Shown here: in pieces, positions 20,142 to 30,391 of the stretch | Position numbering within the stretch: position 1 is the first letter of the stretch | How the letters are laid out: each line of letters begins with the position of its first letter | Source: a virus | Lineage: Duplodnaviria > Caudoviricetes | Length of the DNA: 64,000 bases | IMG/VR virus record: IMGVR_UViG_3300009155_000035 | Reading direction: 5' to 3' (one strand) | The notes under the pieces: model-generated | Database searches by the model: none | The model's input: the letters and a program-made list of their open reading frames with translations, nothing else | What the model was told of the DNA's origin: nothing | Made by a program: the position numbers and the translations under genes

Positions 20142-23002
20142 TACCAGAATCCTCCCTTGAGCAAATCACCATTGGCAAACTGTTTAACACTGAATTGTTT
20201 GCTGACCTGTTGTCTTGTTTGCATTGGCAACAGTGTAATTGTCAAATCAATTTTTGTGGGCACATAGCTTGGATTGTTTGTGCCTAAAGTTGGCACTGGT
20301 GGTGGTGTTGTTAGTGCGCCGGGTTTTAATCCGCCCTGGCTGGCATTTGCTAATCGCAACAATGATGCCCAAGCTGGTGTTGTTTGTATCCTTGATCTAT
20401 CACGTCGTTGTAACAAGTTAGTACCGTCAATATTCGCTGTTCTTGCACGAATATAATCTACATTGTTTGGCAGAGTATACTGGAAGTTTTTAATCACACA
20501 CGGATGTAAATTAAATTGGAACTCACCTAGTCCTTGCAAGAACACCATTGGGGGCGGTGCGCCTCGTTGTGCATCCTGCCCATAAAACATCTTGGTGGCA
20601 CTGCGGAAAAAGTGAATCACTGCTAACAAATAGTTAGCTTCTTGTGTGTCTTGTGCTGTAAATGTTGCTTGAATTTGTATGTCATCAACATGACTACTTT
20701 GATAAAAATGTCCGCGATAGTTTGAGTGTGTAAGGTCATAACTGTTGTAGTTGGCCGCATACGATGTAGATATCTGTGGAGTGTAAGGAAACACAACACC
20801 GTCTGACACTGCCAATGGGTACAGTATGCCGTCTTGTGTTATTTCTGGATCCTTGTACAAATAATCGGCAGCTCCTGCTAGACGCAGTTTTACACGCCAG
20901 TCGCCTTCGTTGGCCTGTTTACGCTGTGCTTCAATCGCGGCTTGACTTCTTGCACGATTTGTTGCGGCTTGAATCAGTGCTGATTCACGACTGGCGGCAG
21001 CACTGGCCAGTGTTTCTGGGTCAATGTAACCAGCTCCCACATAATACGGCTCGCCAGTTTCAGGATTAATGGCCCATCCAGGATTTAAATTACCGTCATC
21101 ATCATATGGCGTGCCATTTGGATAGTAACCCTGGTCTGTGTTTGTTGTTGTGGTATCGTCTGTGACAATTTCTTCGCCTGGAGACAATGTGTCTTCGAGT
21201 GTTATGTCTTGATCCTCAGGCACTGTTCTTAACCCAGTTACAGTTTCTGCAGTGAACCCAGCATCGGCTTCGGCGGCTGCAGAATCTACCAAGGATACAT
21301 TTTTTGCAACAAAGTTTATTTGGTCAGGTGGTGGATCTCCTTCTTCACTACCGCCACCACCGCCATTGCCACTGATCAAGTTGTACCCTGTAACAACCAA
21401 GTTCACTTGTGGGATTAATAATCGTGCTAGGGCCAATGCAGTTTCTGCAGGCGATAAATCTACATTGGTTACAATATCTCCAAGTTTTACCACTTTGTTT
21501 GCTGTACCAATTGCGCCAGTGATCTGGCCATAGCCTGGTATTTGATTCAATGCTAGATTAATAGCCTTATCAATCAACTTCTCAAGTATAGGTCCTTGAT
21601 TAGGTATCCCCAAGGAGTCTCTAATGGCTTTTGACACGCTGGTGTTGGCAGTGACTTCAACTGTTTGAATTGCAGTATCACCTTCATCTAAGGTGGGCAG
21701 AGTTATGTCTGTTGCCACCTCAGCGCCGACATTAATATTGGTTTGTCGATCAATAATTTGACCAGTCTTATCTTCTGCTACTCCTGCGCCCTGTGTGTTG
21801 ATTGCATTTTGTGTTTGCACCAACGCTTCAATAGCTTGAATTTGTTCCTCACTGATGCTGCCGTTTTCAGTAATATATCGTGCAACCAATTCATTAGTGA
21901 TACGCTGTGTGGTGTCTAGTTCAAGCGTGTTGTTGGCTACAGTGTATGGTACTAAGGTTGTAGCCGATGGTGCAATTAGTGTTCCGCCTGGCTGATCAAA
22001 CCCAGTTACAAGATTGTTAAATGTGCTTCCTAATCCAGAGTCATTTATTATAGATTTTTCTGCTGGAGTAAGTTGATCAAAAAAACTGTTAACTAAGGCT
22101 TCTTTGGCTTGCGCCAATGTAACTGGACTTGTGTCACTGATTGACATATTTCGCACAGTGTTGATTACATCCTGTGCTTGATTAAGAGTATCTCTAGTGA
22201 GAACTGCAACATCCAGGCCGTCTGACACTACTCTTTGTAATGCTCTACGCTCTTCAGTAGTTAGGGCAAATCCGTTCCCATCAGCTTCCAGCAAATTACC
22301 AGCTAGATTTGCATTTTGAATTGCTAGGCTGCGGCCTGCGGCAGTGTTTAAGTTAGGTGTGCTATACACAAGTTCTGTTAGTTCTGTCTCAAGCGCCAGA
22401 TCTAATTGTGCTTGTGTTTCCCCTGACAATCCAGTGGCAACACTGTCAGCAACTGTAGTCGAATCTGCTGTTTTGATTTGTACGTTAAATTGATTAACCG
22501 ACAGCGGCACATTGAGTGATTGTCCATCGTCAGCTCTAGTCAATATAGTGTTGTCAATTGTGTCTAATATAGGATACGTGTCATCTACACCTTGTGTGTT
22601 GGCAATTACTGTGGCAGTCAATGTTTGAATTTCAGCAATAGAGCCCAGGGCGTTGAACTGCGTTGTCAAGTATGTGTCTGATCCAGCTTGAATGTTATAA
22701 TACGTATTATCCAAGGTCAGTGACTGGGCGCCTCCGGTGTTGGGATTGGCAAACCCGCTGACAGCATTGTTAGTATAGTCAACACCAATTTGGTAGTTTG
22801 CTGTGCCTACAATGGATTGATCTTGGGTAAATCCCGACGTTGTTGAGCTAGTAAGAAATGGGTTAGATGTAAATCCATCAAATCCCGACACAGTGGTGCC
22901 TTGGTATGTGACATTTTGTCCAGCATAACCCGAACCGCCTATCGAATTAAAGCCGGTGTTAGAATCATATGTGCCATAGCTATAGCTAAAATCGTCACCC
23001 AT
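20141..23002 (-). CDS. Tail tube initiator/baseplate cap (gp48/gp54-like C-terminal domain) with a long N-terminal extension
   Basis: C-terminal ~250 aa (GVVFPYTPQISTSYAANYNSYDLTHSNY...ATFTAQ...PPMVFLQGLGEFQF) is tube-initiator-like. Start moved to ATG 23002, downstream of a TAAATA box at 23021-23026 region. Confidence 0.6.
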   Translation of the reverse strand: MGDDFSYSYGTYDSNTGFNSIGGSGYAGQNVTYQGTTVSGFDGFTSNPFLTSSTTSGFTQDQSIVGTANYQIGVDYTNNAVSGFANPNTGGAQSLTLDNTYYNIQAGSDTYLTTQFNALGSIAEIQTLTATVIANTQGVDDTYPILDTIDNTILTRADDGQSLNVPLSVNQFNVQIKTADSTTVADSVATGLSGETQAQLDLALETELTELVYSTPNLNTAAGRSLAIQNANLAGNLLEADGNGFALTTEERRALQRVVSDGLDVAVLTRDTLNQAQDVINTVRNMSISDTSPVTLAQAKEALVNSFFDQLTPAEKSIINDSGLGSTFNNLVTGFDQPGGTLIAPSATTLVPYTVANNTLELDTTQRITNELVARYITENGSISEEQIQAIEALVQTQNAINTQGAGVAEDKTGQIIDRQTNINVGAEVATDITLPTLDEGDTAIQTVEVTANTSVSKAIRDSLGIPNQGPILEKLIDKAINLALNQIPGYGQITGAIGTANKVVKLGDIVTNVDLSPAETALALARLLIPQVNLVVTGYNLISGNGGGGGSEEGDPPPDQINFVAKNVSLVDSAAAEADAGFTAETVTGLRTVPEDQDITLEDTLSPGEEIVTDDTTTTNTDQGYYPNGTPYDDDGNLNPGWAINPETGEPYYVGAGYIDPETLASAAASRESALIQAATNRARSQAAIEAQRKQANEGDWRVKLRLAGAADYLYKDPEITQDGILYPLAVSDGVVFPYTPQISTSYAANYNSYDLTHSNYRGHFYQSSHVDDIQIQATFTAQDTQEANYLLAVIHFFRSATKMFYGQDAQRGAPPPMVFLQGLGEFQFNLHPCVIKNFQYTLPNNVDYIRARTANIDGTNLLQRRDRSRIQTTPAWASLLRLANASQGGLKPGALTTPPPVPTLGTNNPSYVPTKIDLTITLLPMQTRQQVSKQFSVKQFANGDLLKGGFW

Positions 23003-23061
23003 GTGTTGTGTACCTTTGTAATATTTACCTAAAAAATAAACAGCATACATTAAGAAAAAGG

Positions 23062-23094
23062 TTGACAACTGTCGTTTTTCTGCTACAATAAATA
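23062..23094 (+). promoter_or_regulatory. Overlapping sigma70 promoter and late promoter upstream of the gp55-like gene
   Basis: TTGACA (23062-67), 16 nt, TGc-TACAAT (23084-89), overlapped by TAAATA (23089-94); GGAG SD follows. Confidence 0.7.
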
Positions 23095-23116
23095 CATATA
23101 GGAGACTTACTCAACC

Positions 23117-24016
23117 ATGAGTTTAATACCAAAATCGGCACCTCGTGTCAATTACCTCAACAACAAAGATATCTTGAAAGAGATTCATCTAAGCAAAAAA
23201 ACATACTGTAGCTTTATTGACCCCGACAACGATCATCAGTACGACATTATTTTGTCCAATATAACCAAGATAAATCAACGCACTATTGCTGAAGCTAGAC
23301 GCAACAGAGCTGCCAGGTTAACCAAAGAAACTGGTGTTGAAGTCAACGAAAAACACATACCAAACACTGATCTAGTGTTTAGGGTAATGACATGGGAGCA
23401 TATTCCCATGGCGCCTAAAAAGCTACCCAAGAACGCTGTTAAAAAACGAAAGCTGGAAGATATTTTAGAGTTCGACGACTTGCCGCCAATTTATCCTGTG
23501 GAAGATTTAGTCGAAGAACCAATTGGTGATCCCACTCATGTACGAGTTAACTTCCCACCGTTCTGGCATTATAGAGTTACTGATCACAAAATCCCTTATG
23601 TAGTGGGAAAAAGTCACTGGAAGGGCGATTTAGAAACTGGAGAGTACAGTCGAGATCATGGACAAATGACACGTAAGTTGGCCATGATGTTTATGAAATT
23701 ATGCGAACGATATGCAACAAGATCAAACTGGCGTGGATATACCTACAACGAAGAAATGCGGGGACAAGCCCTGTTACAACTCAGTCAAATCGGCTTGCAA
23801 TTTGACGAATCAAAATCGCAGAACCCTTTTGCGTATTATACTGCCGCTATCACTAATAGCTTTACTCGTATCTTGAATATTGAAAAGAAGATGCAAAACA
23901 TCCGCGATGACATTTTGGAGATGAACGGACTTAACCCATCATGGACTCGTCAAAATTCTGGCAAGGCTGGCATGGCAGCCATGTCCGGTCCGGTCGTAAG
24001 TAGTTTGGATGAATAG
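23117..24016 (+). CDS. Late-transcription sigma factor, T4 gp55-like
   Basis: NYLNNKDILKEI and RSNWRGYTY.EEM...LQFDESKSQNPFAYYTAAITNSF parallel T4 gp55 YVNNKEL...NFSGYT...NFDETKYKNPHAYIT. Confidence 0.85.
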   Translation: MSLIPKSAPRVNYLNNKDILKEIHLSKKTYCSFIDPDNDHQYDIILSNITKINQRTIAEARRNRAARLTKETGVEVNEKHIPNTDLVFRVMTWEHIPMAPKKLPKNAVKKRKLEDILEFDDLPPIYPVEDLVEEPIGDPTHVRVNFPPFWHYRVTDHKIPYVVGKSHWKGDLETGEYSRDHGQMTRKLAMMFMKLCERYATRSNWRGYTYNEEMRGQALLQLSQIGLQFDESKSQNPFAYYTAAITNSFTRILNIEKKMQNIRDDILEMNGLNPSWTRQNSGKAGMAAMSGPVVSSLDE

Positions 24017-24028
24017 TATAATTTGTAG

Positions 24029-25045
24029 ATGAGTAATCTATTTAAAAAAGCCGCCATCTTTACTGACATTCACTTTGGATTGAAGTCAAACAGCACGTTA
24101 CACAACGAGGACTGTTTGGCTTTTGTAAAGTGGGCCACTGCCAAAGCACGTGAAGAAGGGTGCGAAACCTGCATATTTTTAGGTGACTGGCACAACAACC
24201 GTGCCAGTTTAAACATTGTGACCTTAAACTACAGTCTTCGTGCCCTAGAGCACATGAATAACAATTTTGATCGCGTATATTTTATTCCCGGTAATCACGA
24301 CTTGTACTATCGAGACAAGCGCGACATACAAAGTGTAGAGTGGGCAAAACATCTTCCCAATGTTGAAATTTGCAACGATTGGTTCTCCAGTGGTGATGTG
24401 GTTATTGCTCCATGGCTTGTGGCCGATGACCACAAACGTATTCCCAAACTAAAAGGCAAATACATGTTTGGGCATTTTGAATTGCCCGGATACTTGATGA
24501 ACGCCATGGTAGAAATGCCGGACCATGGCGAAGTGCGGCGCGAAGACTTCAACAATTTTGAACATGTGTTCACCGGACACTTTCATAAACGGCAGACCAA
24601 AAAAAATATTACCTACATCGGCAATGCATTTCCACACAACTATGCTGATGCCGGGGACGATGAACGTGGATTGACTATTTTAGAGTGGGGCAAAGAAGCT
24701 GTATATCATGCTTGGCCCGATCAACCACGATATCGAGTACTGGGTCTAGCCAACTTGATTGATAATGCTGCCAGTTTGTTACTGCCCAAAATGCATGTGC
24801 GAGTAAGCATTGACATTGAGATCAGTTACGAAGAGGCCAACTTTATCAAAGAAACATTTATCACACAATACGGTCTTAGAGAGATGGCTCTAATCCCCAA
24901 TAAAACTGCCGGGGTTGATGTTGATATCTCACCAGGCGAGATTAAATTTGAATCAGTAGATCAAATTGTTATTGACCAGATTACCAATATTGAATCCGCA
25001 CACTACGACACTAAACTACTGATGCAAATATACCAGTCACTGTAA
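24029..25045 (+). CDS. Recombination endonuclease subunit, gp47/Mre11/SbcD-like
   Basis: Metallophosphoesterase motifs DIHFG, FLGDW, GNHD, GHFE, GHFH. Confidence 0.92.
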   Translation: MSNLFKKAAIFTDIHFGLKSNSTLHNEDCLAFVKWATAKAREEGCETCIFLGDWHNNRASLNIVTLNYSLRALEHMNNNFDRVYFIPGNHDLYYRDKRDIQSVEWAKHLPNVEICNDWFSSGDVVIAPWLVADDHKRIPKLKGKYMFGHFELPGYLMNAMVEMPDHGEVRREDFNNFEHVFTGHFHKRQTKKNITYIGNAFPHNYADAGDDERGLTILEWGKEAVYHAWPDQPRYRVLGLANLIDNAASLLLPKMHVRVSIDIEISYEEANFIKETFITQYGLREMALIPNKTAGVDVDISPGEIKFESVDQIVIDQITNIESAHYDTKLLMQIYQSL

Positions 25046-25050
25046 GGTAT

Positions 25051-26091
25051 ATGAAATCATTATTAAACAAATCATCCAAGGTGCAACGAGTATACATCGG
25101 TAGCACCGACATGTATCTATCGCATGCTGTTGCCAAACAAGAGCCTGAAGCTGTATTGTGTGATAGCATTGAATTTGCTCAAATCAAAAAACGCAAATCC
25201 TCATCCAGTGTGTTTTACACTGCTATCGGTGATTTAACACTAGACGAAGCTCACGAATTACTAGGCCTAGCTGTAGAAATTGTGTATATCAAACCACCAA
25301 TCCCTTGGCAGGATCAAGAGTCAAAAACACAAACCATGGAATTGTTAAACTATTACTCAGATAAAGTAATAGACGGTGCTCAAGACATAGATCGATATAG
25401 GTTGTATTTTAAACAGTTACTAAATCTAGAAGAATCTAGGTCCAATGCCAATACGCATTTGTTTGTTGCTGGCTGTAGCGTGGCTCGTGGTATGTTTGTT
25501 GAGTCACATGAATCTTTTGGGCATTTGGTTGCACAAGAACTAGGCGTTCCCATGGTTAACTTAGCTCACAGTGGTGGAAGTATTTCGTGGAGTGCTGACC
25601 AAATCTTAAGATCTGACATTCGTGCAGGCGATATTGTTATTTGGGCCCTTAGTGGTATACATCGAGTAACATGGTTACAAACTGTGCATGATCGAGGGGT
25701 TGAGTTATTGGATTCTGTGTTTTGCAATCCATCATCAGATGTCAAACGCTATCGTGCTAGGATTAAAGATAACAATTTTGAAACAGTACAACGTTTAATG
25801 ACAACTGGTGAACAACACCAACTGCTGACTGCAATCAAAACAATTATGCAAGTAAAAAATTTTTGTAACAAAGTAGGAGCACGGTTGCTGTTTGCCCCAC
25901 TACCTTACTCAGGTGCAGAGAATATTGCAACATTACGAGATGTTTTTTCCAAGGTAGATGGTTGGGTTGATATAGATTTTTTTAACAAGGATAGTCCTTA
26001 CTGGACTGACTTTGGCAGCGATGGAAAACATCCTGGACCAGTTAGTCATCAACAAATTGCCAACGCATTCATTAAGGGTTTAGTTGAGTAA
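25051..26091 (+). CDS. SGNH/GDSL hydrolase-like protein
   Basis: FVAGCSVARG (block I), NLAHSGGS (block II), DGKHPG (block V DxxH). Confidence 0.65.
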   Translation: MKSLLNKSSKVQRVYIGSTDMYLSHAVAKQEPEAVLCDSIEFAQIKKRKSSSSVFYTAIGDLTLDEAHELLGLAVEIVYIKPPIPWQDQESKTQTMELLNYYSDKVIDGAQDIDRYRLYFKQLLNLEESRSNANTHLFVAGCSVARGMFVESHESFGHLVAQELGVPMVNLAHSGGSISWSADQILRSDIRAGDIVIWALSGIHRVTWLQTVHDRGVELLDSVFCNPSSDVKRYRARIKDNNFETVQRLMTTGEQHQLLTAIKTIMQVKNFCNKVGARLLFAPLPYSGAENIATLRDVFSKVDGWVDIDFFNKDSPYWTDFGSDGKHPGPVSHQQIANAFIKGLVE

Positions 26092-26917
26092 CATTTATTG
26101 TATTTGGTATCCATCAGGAGGATTTGGGCATTTTATCAATGCTGTAATATCCTTGCACGGTCACGGATTTGCTAGGCCAAACTCAACATTTGCATTGAGC
26201 TATAGTGGCAATAGTCATGAAGTTGAGTTAGTGGCTGACAAATACATACATGATCCCGATAGCTATTATTTTGAGTTTGACCCCAAACAAAAGTATTCAG
26301 TGTTAATCGACAACGGCATTACCAACGAAGGTATAAAATTTAAACAACATTTTCCAACTGCAAAAATTATAAAAATTTGTTACAATGATGTTACCTGGCC
26401 TATTGTGGCAAGAACAACCATTGACAAAGCCATGAGTTCAACTATAGACTCAGAAATCGTTGTTGATTCTCAGTTGTGGCCCGGTGACGACTCATGGGCC
26501 AAACGAGAAAAATTCTATTTGTATCTTCGAGACCACAAGTTGCGCTGGCACTGGAAGCCCAGTGAAGACTGTTCAATTTTACAAATTGATCAGATGTTGT
26601 CATACAATAAGTTAGTCAGTGGGCTAACAGCATGCGGTATTGACTTAGAGAATTTTGATACGGATTGGAACAGCTGGAGACAGGCCAACGATGTGTATAT
26701 TCATCCAGTTGAATTGTCTTTGAAAATTATCAAATCAATTGCAGAACGCCAAAACATGAACCTTGAATCAACCAACGACTTGTGGACACAAGCTGTGGTG
26801 AATTATTTTATTTGGCTACATTACGGCTTTGAAGTACCGGCCAATGATTACTCTAATTGGTTTACAAGCACAGAACAAATTGCTAAAATGCTAGATGGTA
26901 ACGGGATAAAACTTTGA
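26084..26917 (+). CDS. Hypothetical protein, possibly sulfotransferase/P-loop-like fold
   Basis: 277 aa, TTG start, overlaps both neighbours; N-terminal IWYPSGGFGHFI loop; family assignment is weak. Confidence 0.4.
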   Translation: MSNIYCIWYPSGGFGHFINAVISLHGHGFARPNSTFALSYSGNSHEVELVADKYIHDPDSYYFEFDPKQKYSVLIDNGITNEGIKFKQHFPTAKIIKICYNDVTWPIVARTTIDKAMSSTIDSEIVVDSQLWPGDDSWAKREKFYLYLRDHKLRWHWKPSEDCSILQIDQMLSYNKLVSGLTACGIDLENFDTDWNSWRQANDVYIHPVELSLKIIKSIAERQNMNLESTNDLWTQAVVNYFIWLHYGFEVPANDYSNWFTSTEQIAKMLDGNGIKL

Positions 26918-28677
26918 TTCAAATAAAAAATCTAACTGTTAAGAATTTCATGAGTGTGGGCAATGCCACACAAGGTGTTGACTTTGATCGCAACGACCTT
27001 ACTTTGGTATTGGGAGAAAACTTGGATTTAGGTGGTGATGGGTCACGCAATGGCACAGGTAAGACCACAATTATCAATGCACTAAGCTATGCCTTGTATG
27101 GGCAAGCACTTTCAAATATTCGCAAGGATAACCTTGTGAATAAAACCAACGGCAAAAACATGTTGGTTAGTTTGGAATTTTTTATCAACGGGCAAGAATA
27201 CAAAATTGAACGTGGTCGTAAACCCAACGTGCTGAAGTTCTATGTTAATCACGAACAAAAAACAGCACAAGATGAAGCACAAGGGGACTCTCGAGAAACA
27301 CAAGATGCAATTGAACGTGTCGTTGGTATGAGTCATGAAATGTTCAAGCATATTTTGGCGTTGAACACTTATACCGAACCGTTCTTGAGCTTAAAGGCAA
27401 ACGATCAAAGATTAATAATTGAGCAACTGCTTGGTATCACAATGCTAAGTGAACGTGCTGAGCGAATCAAAGAACTAAACAGACAAACCAAAGATGATTT
27501 GAGCCAAGAAGAGTTTCGCATTCGCGCTGTTCAAGAAGCAAACAAGCGTATAGAAGAACAAATCGAAAGCTTGCGAAAACGCCAACGTCTTTGGACTACC
27601 AAACGTGATGAGGATGTTTCTGCATTTGAACAGGCAGTTGCTGATCTTGAGCACATTGATATTGAATCTGAAGTACAAGCTCATCGAGATCTTAAAACTT
27701 ATCAAGCAAAACAAAAGGCAATCAACGAACTCAACAAGTGGATTCGTCAAATTGATGCAGATGATGGCAAATTAAACAAACGTTTCACACAGCTCAAGAA
27801 AGAACTTGAGGATATCAAAGCACATCGATGTTTTGCTTGTGGCACAGAGATTCACGACGACAGTCTTGATACTGTAAAAGCCGAACGAGAAAAAGAAAAA
27901 CAAGAAATTGCACTACAACTGTTAACTAACTCTACACAGCAATTAGAGCATCAGGACGCACTGACTGAAATTGGTGAGCTTGGTATTGCTCCAAAAGTAT
28001 TTTATGATTCTTTAGAGCAAGCTCTCAATCATAAAAACACAGTTGAAGGACTGCGCAAAGATTTAAACGCACGCCGTATTGAAATTGATCCGTACTCTGA
28101 ACAAATTGACGACATGACCGGTCAAGCATTGCAAGTTGTAAGCTACGATCGTATCAACGAGCTAACAAAATTACAAGAACATCAAGACTTTTTGCTCAAA
28201 CTGCTAACGTCAAAAGACAGCTTTGTTCGTAAAAAGATCATTGATCAGAATCTAAGTTATTTGAACAGTCGCTTAACACATTACTTGGATCGTATTGGAT
28301 TACCACATACTGTGAAGTTTCAAAATGACTTGACTGTGAGCATCGAAGAACTGGGTCGTGAACTAGACTTTGACAACTTGAGCCGCGGCGAGCGCACACG
28401 ACTGATTCTTTCAATGTCGTGGGCATTCCGAGATGTGTGGGAAAGTTTGTATCATCCCATCAACTTGTTGTTTATTGACGAGCTCATGGACAATGGTCTT
28501 GACACTCAGGGTGTAGAGAATGGACTTAGTTTGCTTAAACGCATGAGTCGAGAACGTCACAAGAGTATTTGGCTTGTGAGTCACAAAGATGAACTTGCCG
28601 GGCGTGTTGAAAACATTCTCAAAGTTATAAAAGAAAACGGGTTTACTAGCTACAACAATGATATTGACATCGTTTAA
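26914..28677 (+). CDS. Recombination ATPase subunit, gp46/Rad50/SbcC-like
   Basis: Walker A GSRNGTGKTT, zinc hook CFAC within coiled coil, signature LSRGE, Walker B LFIDE, H-loop VSH. Confidence 0.93.
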   Translation: MIQIKNLTVKNFMSVGNATQGVDFDRNDLTLVLGENLDLGGDGSRNGTGKTTIINALSYALYGQALSNIRKDNLVNKTNGKNMLVSLEFFINGQEYKIERGRKPNVLKFYVNHEQKTAQDEAQGDSRETQDAIERVVGMSHEMFKHILALNTYTEPFLSLKANDQRLIIEQLLGITMLSERAERIKELNRQTKDDLSQEEFRIRAVQEANKRIEEQIESLRKRQRLWTTKRDEDVSAFEQAVADLEHIDIESEVQAHRDLKTYQAKQKAINELNKWIRQIDADDGKLNKRFTQLKKELEDIKAHRCFACGTEIHDDSLDTVKAEREKEKQEIALQLLTNSTQQLEHQDALTEIGELGIAPKVFYDSLEQALNHKNTVEGLRKDLNARRIEIDPYSEQIDDMTGQALQVVSYDRINELTKLQEHQDFLLKLLTSKDSFVRKKIIDQNLSYLNSRLTHYLDRIGLPHTVKFQNDLTVSIEELGRELDFDNLSRGERTRLILSMSWAFRDVWESLYHPINLLFIDELMDNGLDTQGVENGLSLLKRMSRERHKSIWLVSHKDELAGRVENILKVIKENGFTSYNNDIDIV

Positions 28678-29779
28678 TTACAATCACATTGACGAATATC
28701 AAATTGAGATAACGTCTTACTGCAATGCCGCGTGTCCGCAATGTCCTCGAAACGATTTAGGCACAGGTATCAACCCACACATGCCATTAGTACATTTACC
28801 AAGGGATGTAATCGATCGTGCGTTTCCAAAAGAACTGTGCCAACGTTTACGCATGGTGTTCTTTTGCGGTAGTTACGGCGACCCAACTATGCATCCAGAC
28901 TTTCTAAATATTTTGCGAGACTTTAGAAAGAAAAACAAAAAACTTTGGTTGTATATTCACACAAACGGTGGCGCACACAGTCGACCTTACTGGGAAGAAA
29001 TTGGTACCATCATGAACGGCTATGGACAAATTGACTTTGGCATTGATGGATTAGCTGACACACTGCCGTTGTATCGTAAAAACGTTGTGTACGGCAAGGT
29101 ATTACAAAATGCTCGTGCATTCATTCAAGCTGGTGGCCGAGCCAAGTGGAACTACATTGTTTTTAAGCATAATGAAGATCAAATTGAAGAGGCTAGAGAA
29201 ATCAGTAAACAGTTTGGTTTTGCTGAGTTCTTGGTACGCAATACTGGTAGATTTTTTAATCATCAAACAGTAGAAGAGATGTCGCATTGGCCGGTCAAGG
29301 GCGAAAGTTATATGCTAGAGCCACCTACAAATCCCGAGTATCGTAACAAGAGCATGTTGTTTTTGCCTGATCTTAAAAAACAGTATGCAAACATCAAAGA
29401 CTATTTTGATACTACAGAAATCAAATGTGATGCGCTGATGGGTCGCAAGGTAGCTATCAATGCCGAAGGAATTGTGTTACCTTGCAACTTTTTCAATCAC
29501 AACTTGTATGATGCTAGATTTCACGATGGGTCGTTGCCCGGTGCAAACGATCTTAGTAGTACAAATGGACAGAACCAAGTTAGACACTTTTTATCCAAGT
29601 ATGGTTTAGATAATCTTAACATACACAACAACAGCTTAGAAGGTATTTTTGAAAATCCCATGTGGGATGATTTGGTTGCTAGCTGGAAAGATAACAGCAG
29701 ATTGTTTGAGTGTGCTATGACATGTGGTAGTAAGCTCACAAAAGTATGGGACCAAGGAGGAAACAACCAATATGACTAG
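28658..29779 (+). CDS. Radical SAM protein with SPASM/twitch-like C-terminus
   Basis: CNAACPQC (CxxxCxxC), GSYGDP, HTNGG, GIDG; C-terminal KCDA...LPCNF...ECAMTCG. Confidence 0.88.
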   Translation: MILTSFNYNHIDEYQIEITSYCNAACPQCPRNDLGTGINPHMPLVHLPRDVIDRAFPKELCQRLRMVFFCGSYGDPTMHPDFLNILRDFRKKNKKLWLYIHTNGGAHSRPYWEEIGTIMNGYGQIDFGIDGLADTLPLYRKNVVYGKVLQNARAFIQAGGRAKWNYIVFKHNEDQIEEAREISKQFGFAEFLVRNTGRFFNHQTVEEMSHWPVKGESYMLEPPTNPEYRNKSMLFLPDLKKQYANIKDYFDTTEIKCDALMGRKVAINAEGIVLPCNFFNHNLYDARFHDGSLPGANDLSSTNGQNQVRHFLSKYGLDNLNIHNNSLEGIFENPMWDDLVASWKDNSRLFECAMTCGSKLTKVWDQGGNNQYD

Positions 29780-30380
29780 AGAAATTAAAATTAATAAAAC
29801 ATTTTTAATCACCGGCGGCAATCGTGGCCTAGGTGCAGTGATCGCTGAATGTTTTAATGGCGTCAGCACAAGCCGGCAAACTGGGGTTGATATTACCAAA
29901 GACGTCGACACTATTGTTGCAGAAAGTTTAAAATACGATGTGTTTGTAAACAACGCATTTGACGGGCCGCCACAAGAGGACTGGGCTAATTTTGCGCAGA
30001 CCAACTTATATCTAGCAATCTACGATGCATGGAAAGCTGCCAACAAATCAGGTTATATTTTTAACATAGGTAGTATCGGAAATCGTAGTATTGTTTCTCC
30101 TGAACCTAGATTTGAAACCTATCGTGTTGCCAAGGCTGCGCTGGAACATGCCAGTCGTCAGGGCACCCAAGCATTTAAACAAAATCATGTACCATTTAAA
30201 ACCACACTAATCAACACTGACCGATTGGACACTGAACTCAGTCGTAGCCGTCCTACATGGACTGGTAACGGAGTAAGTTGCTATGACGTTGCAAACTTTA
30301 TCACCTACGCATTACTTACAGGCTCAAATACTTGCATCGAAGATATTTCTTTTTATTGTAACTTCGAACATCAGGCATAA
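29772..30380 (+). CDS. Short-chain dehydrogenase/reductase (SDR)
   Basis: TGGNRGLG nucleotide-binding motif, VNNA, catalytic YRVAK (YxxxK); likely start ATG 29772 overlapping the radical SAM stop. Confidence 0.85.
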   Translation: MTREIKINKTFLITGGNRGLGAVIAECFNGVSTSRQTGVDITKDVDTIVAESLKYDVFVNNAFDGPPQEDWANFAQTNLYLAIYDAWKAANKSGYIFNIGSIGNRSIVSPEPRFETYRVAKAALEHASRQGTQAFKQNHVPFKTTLINTDRLDTELSRSRPTWTGNGVSCYDVANFITYALLTGSNTCIEDISFYCNFEHQA

Positions 30381-30391
30381 TTACATGTCCA

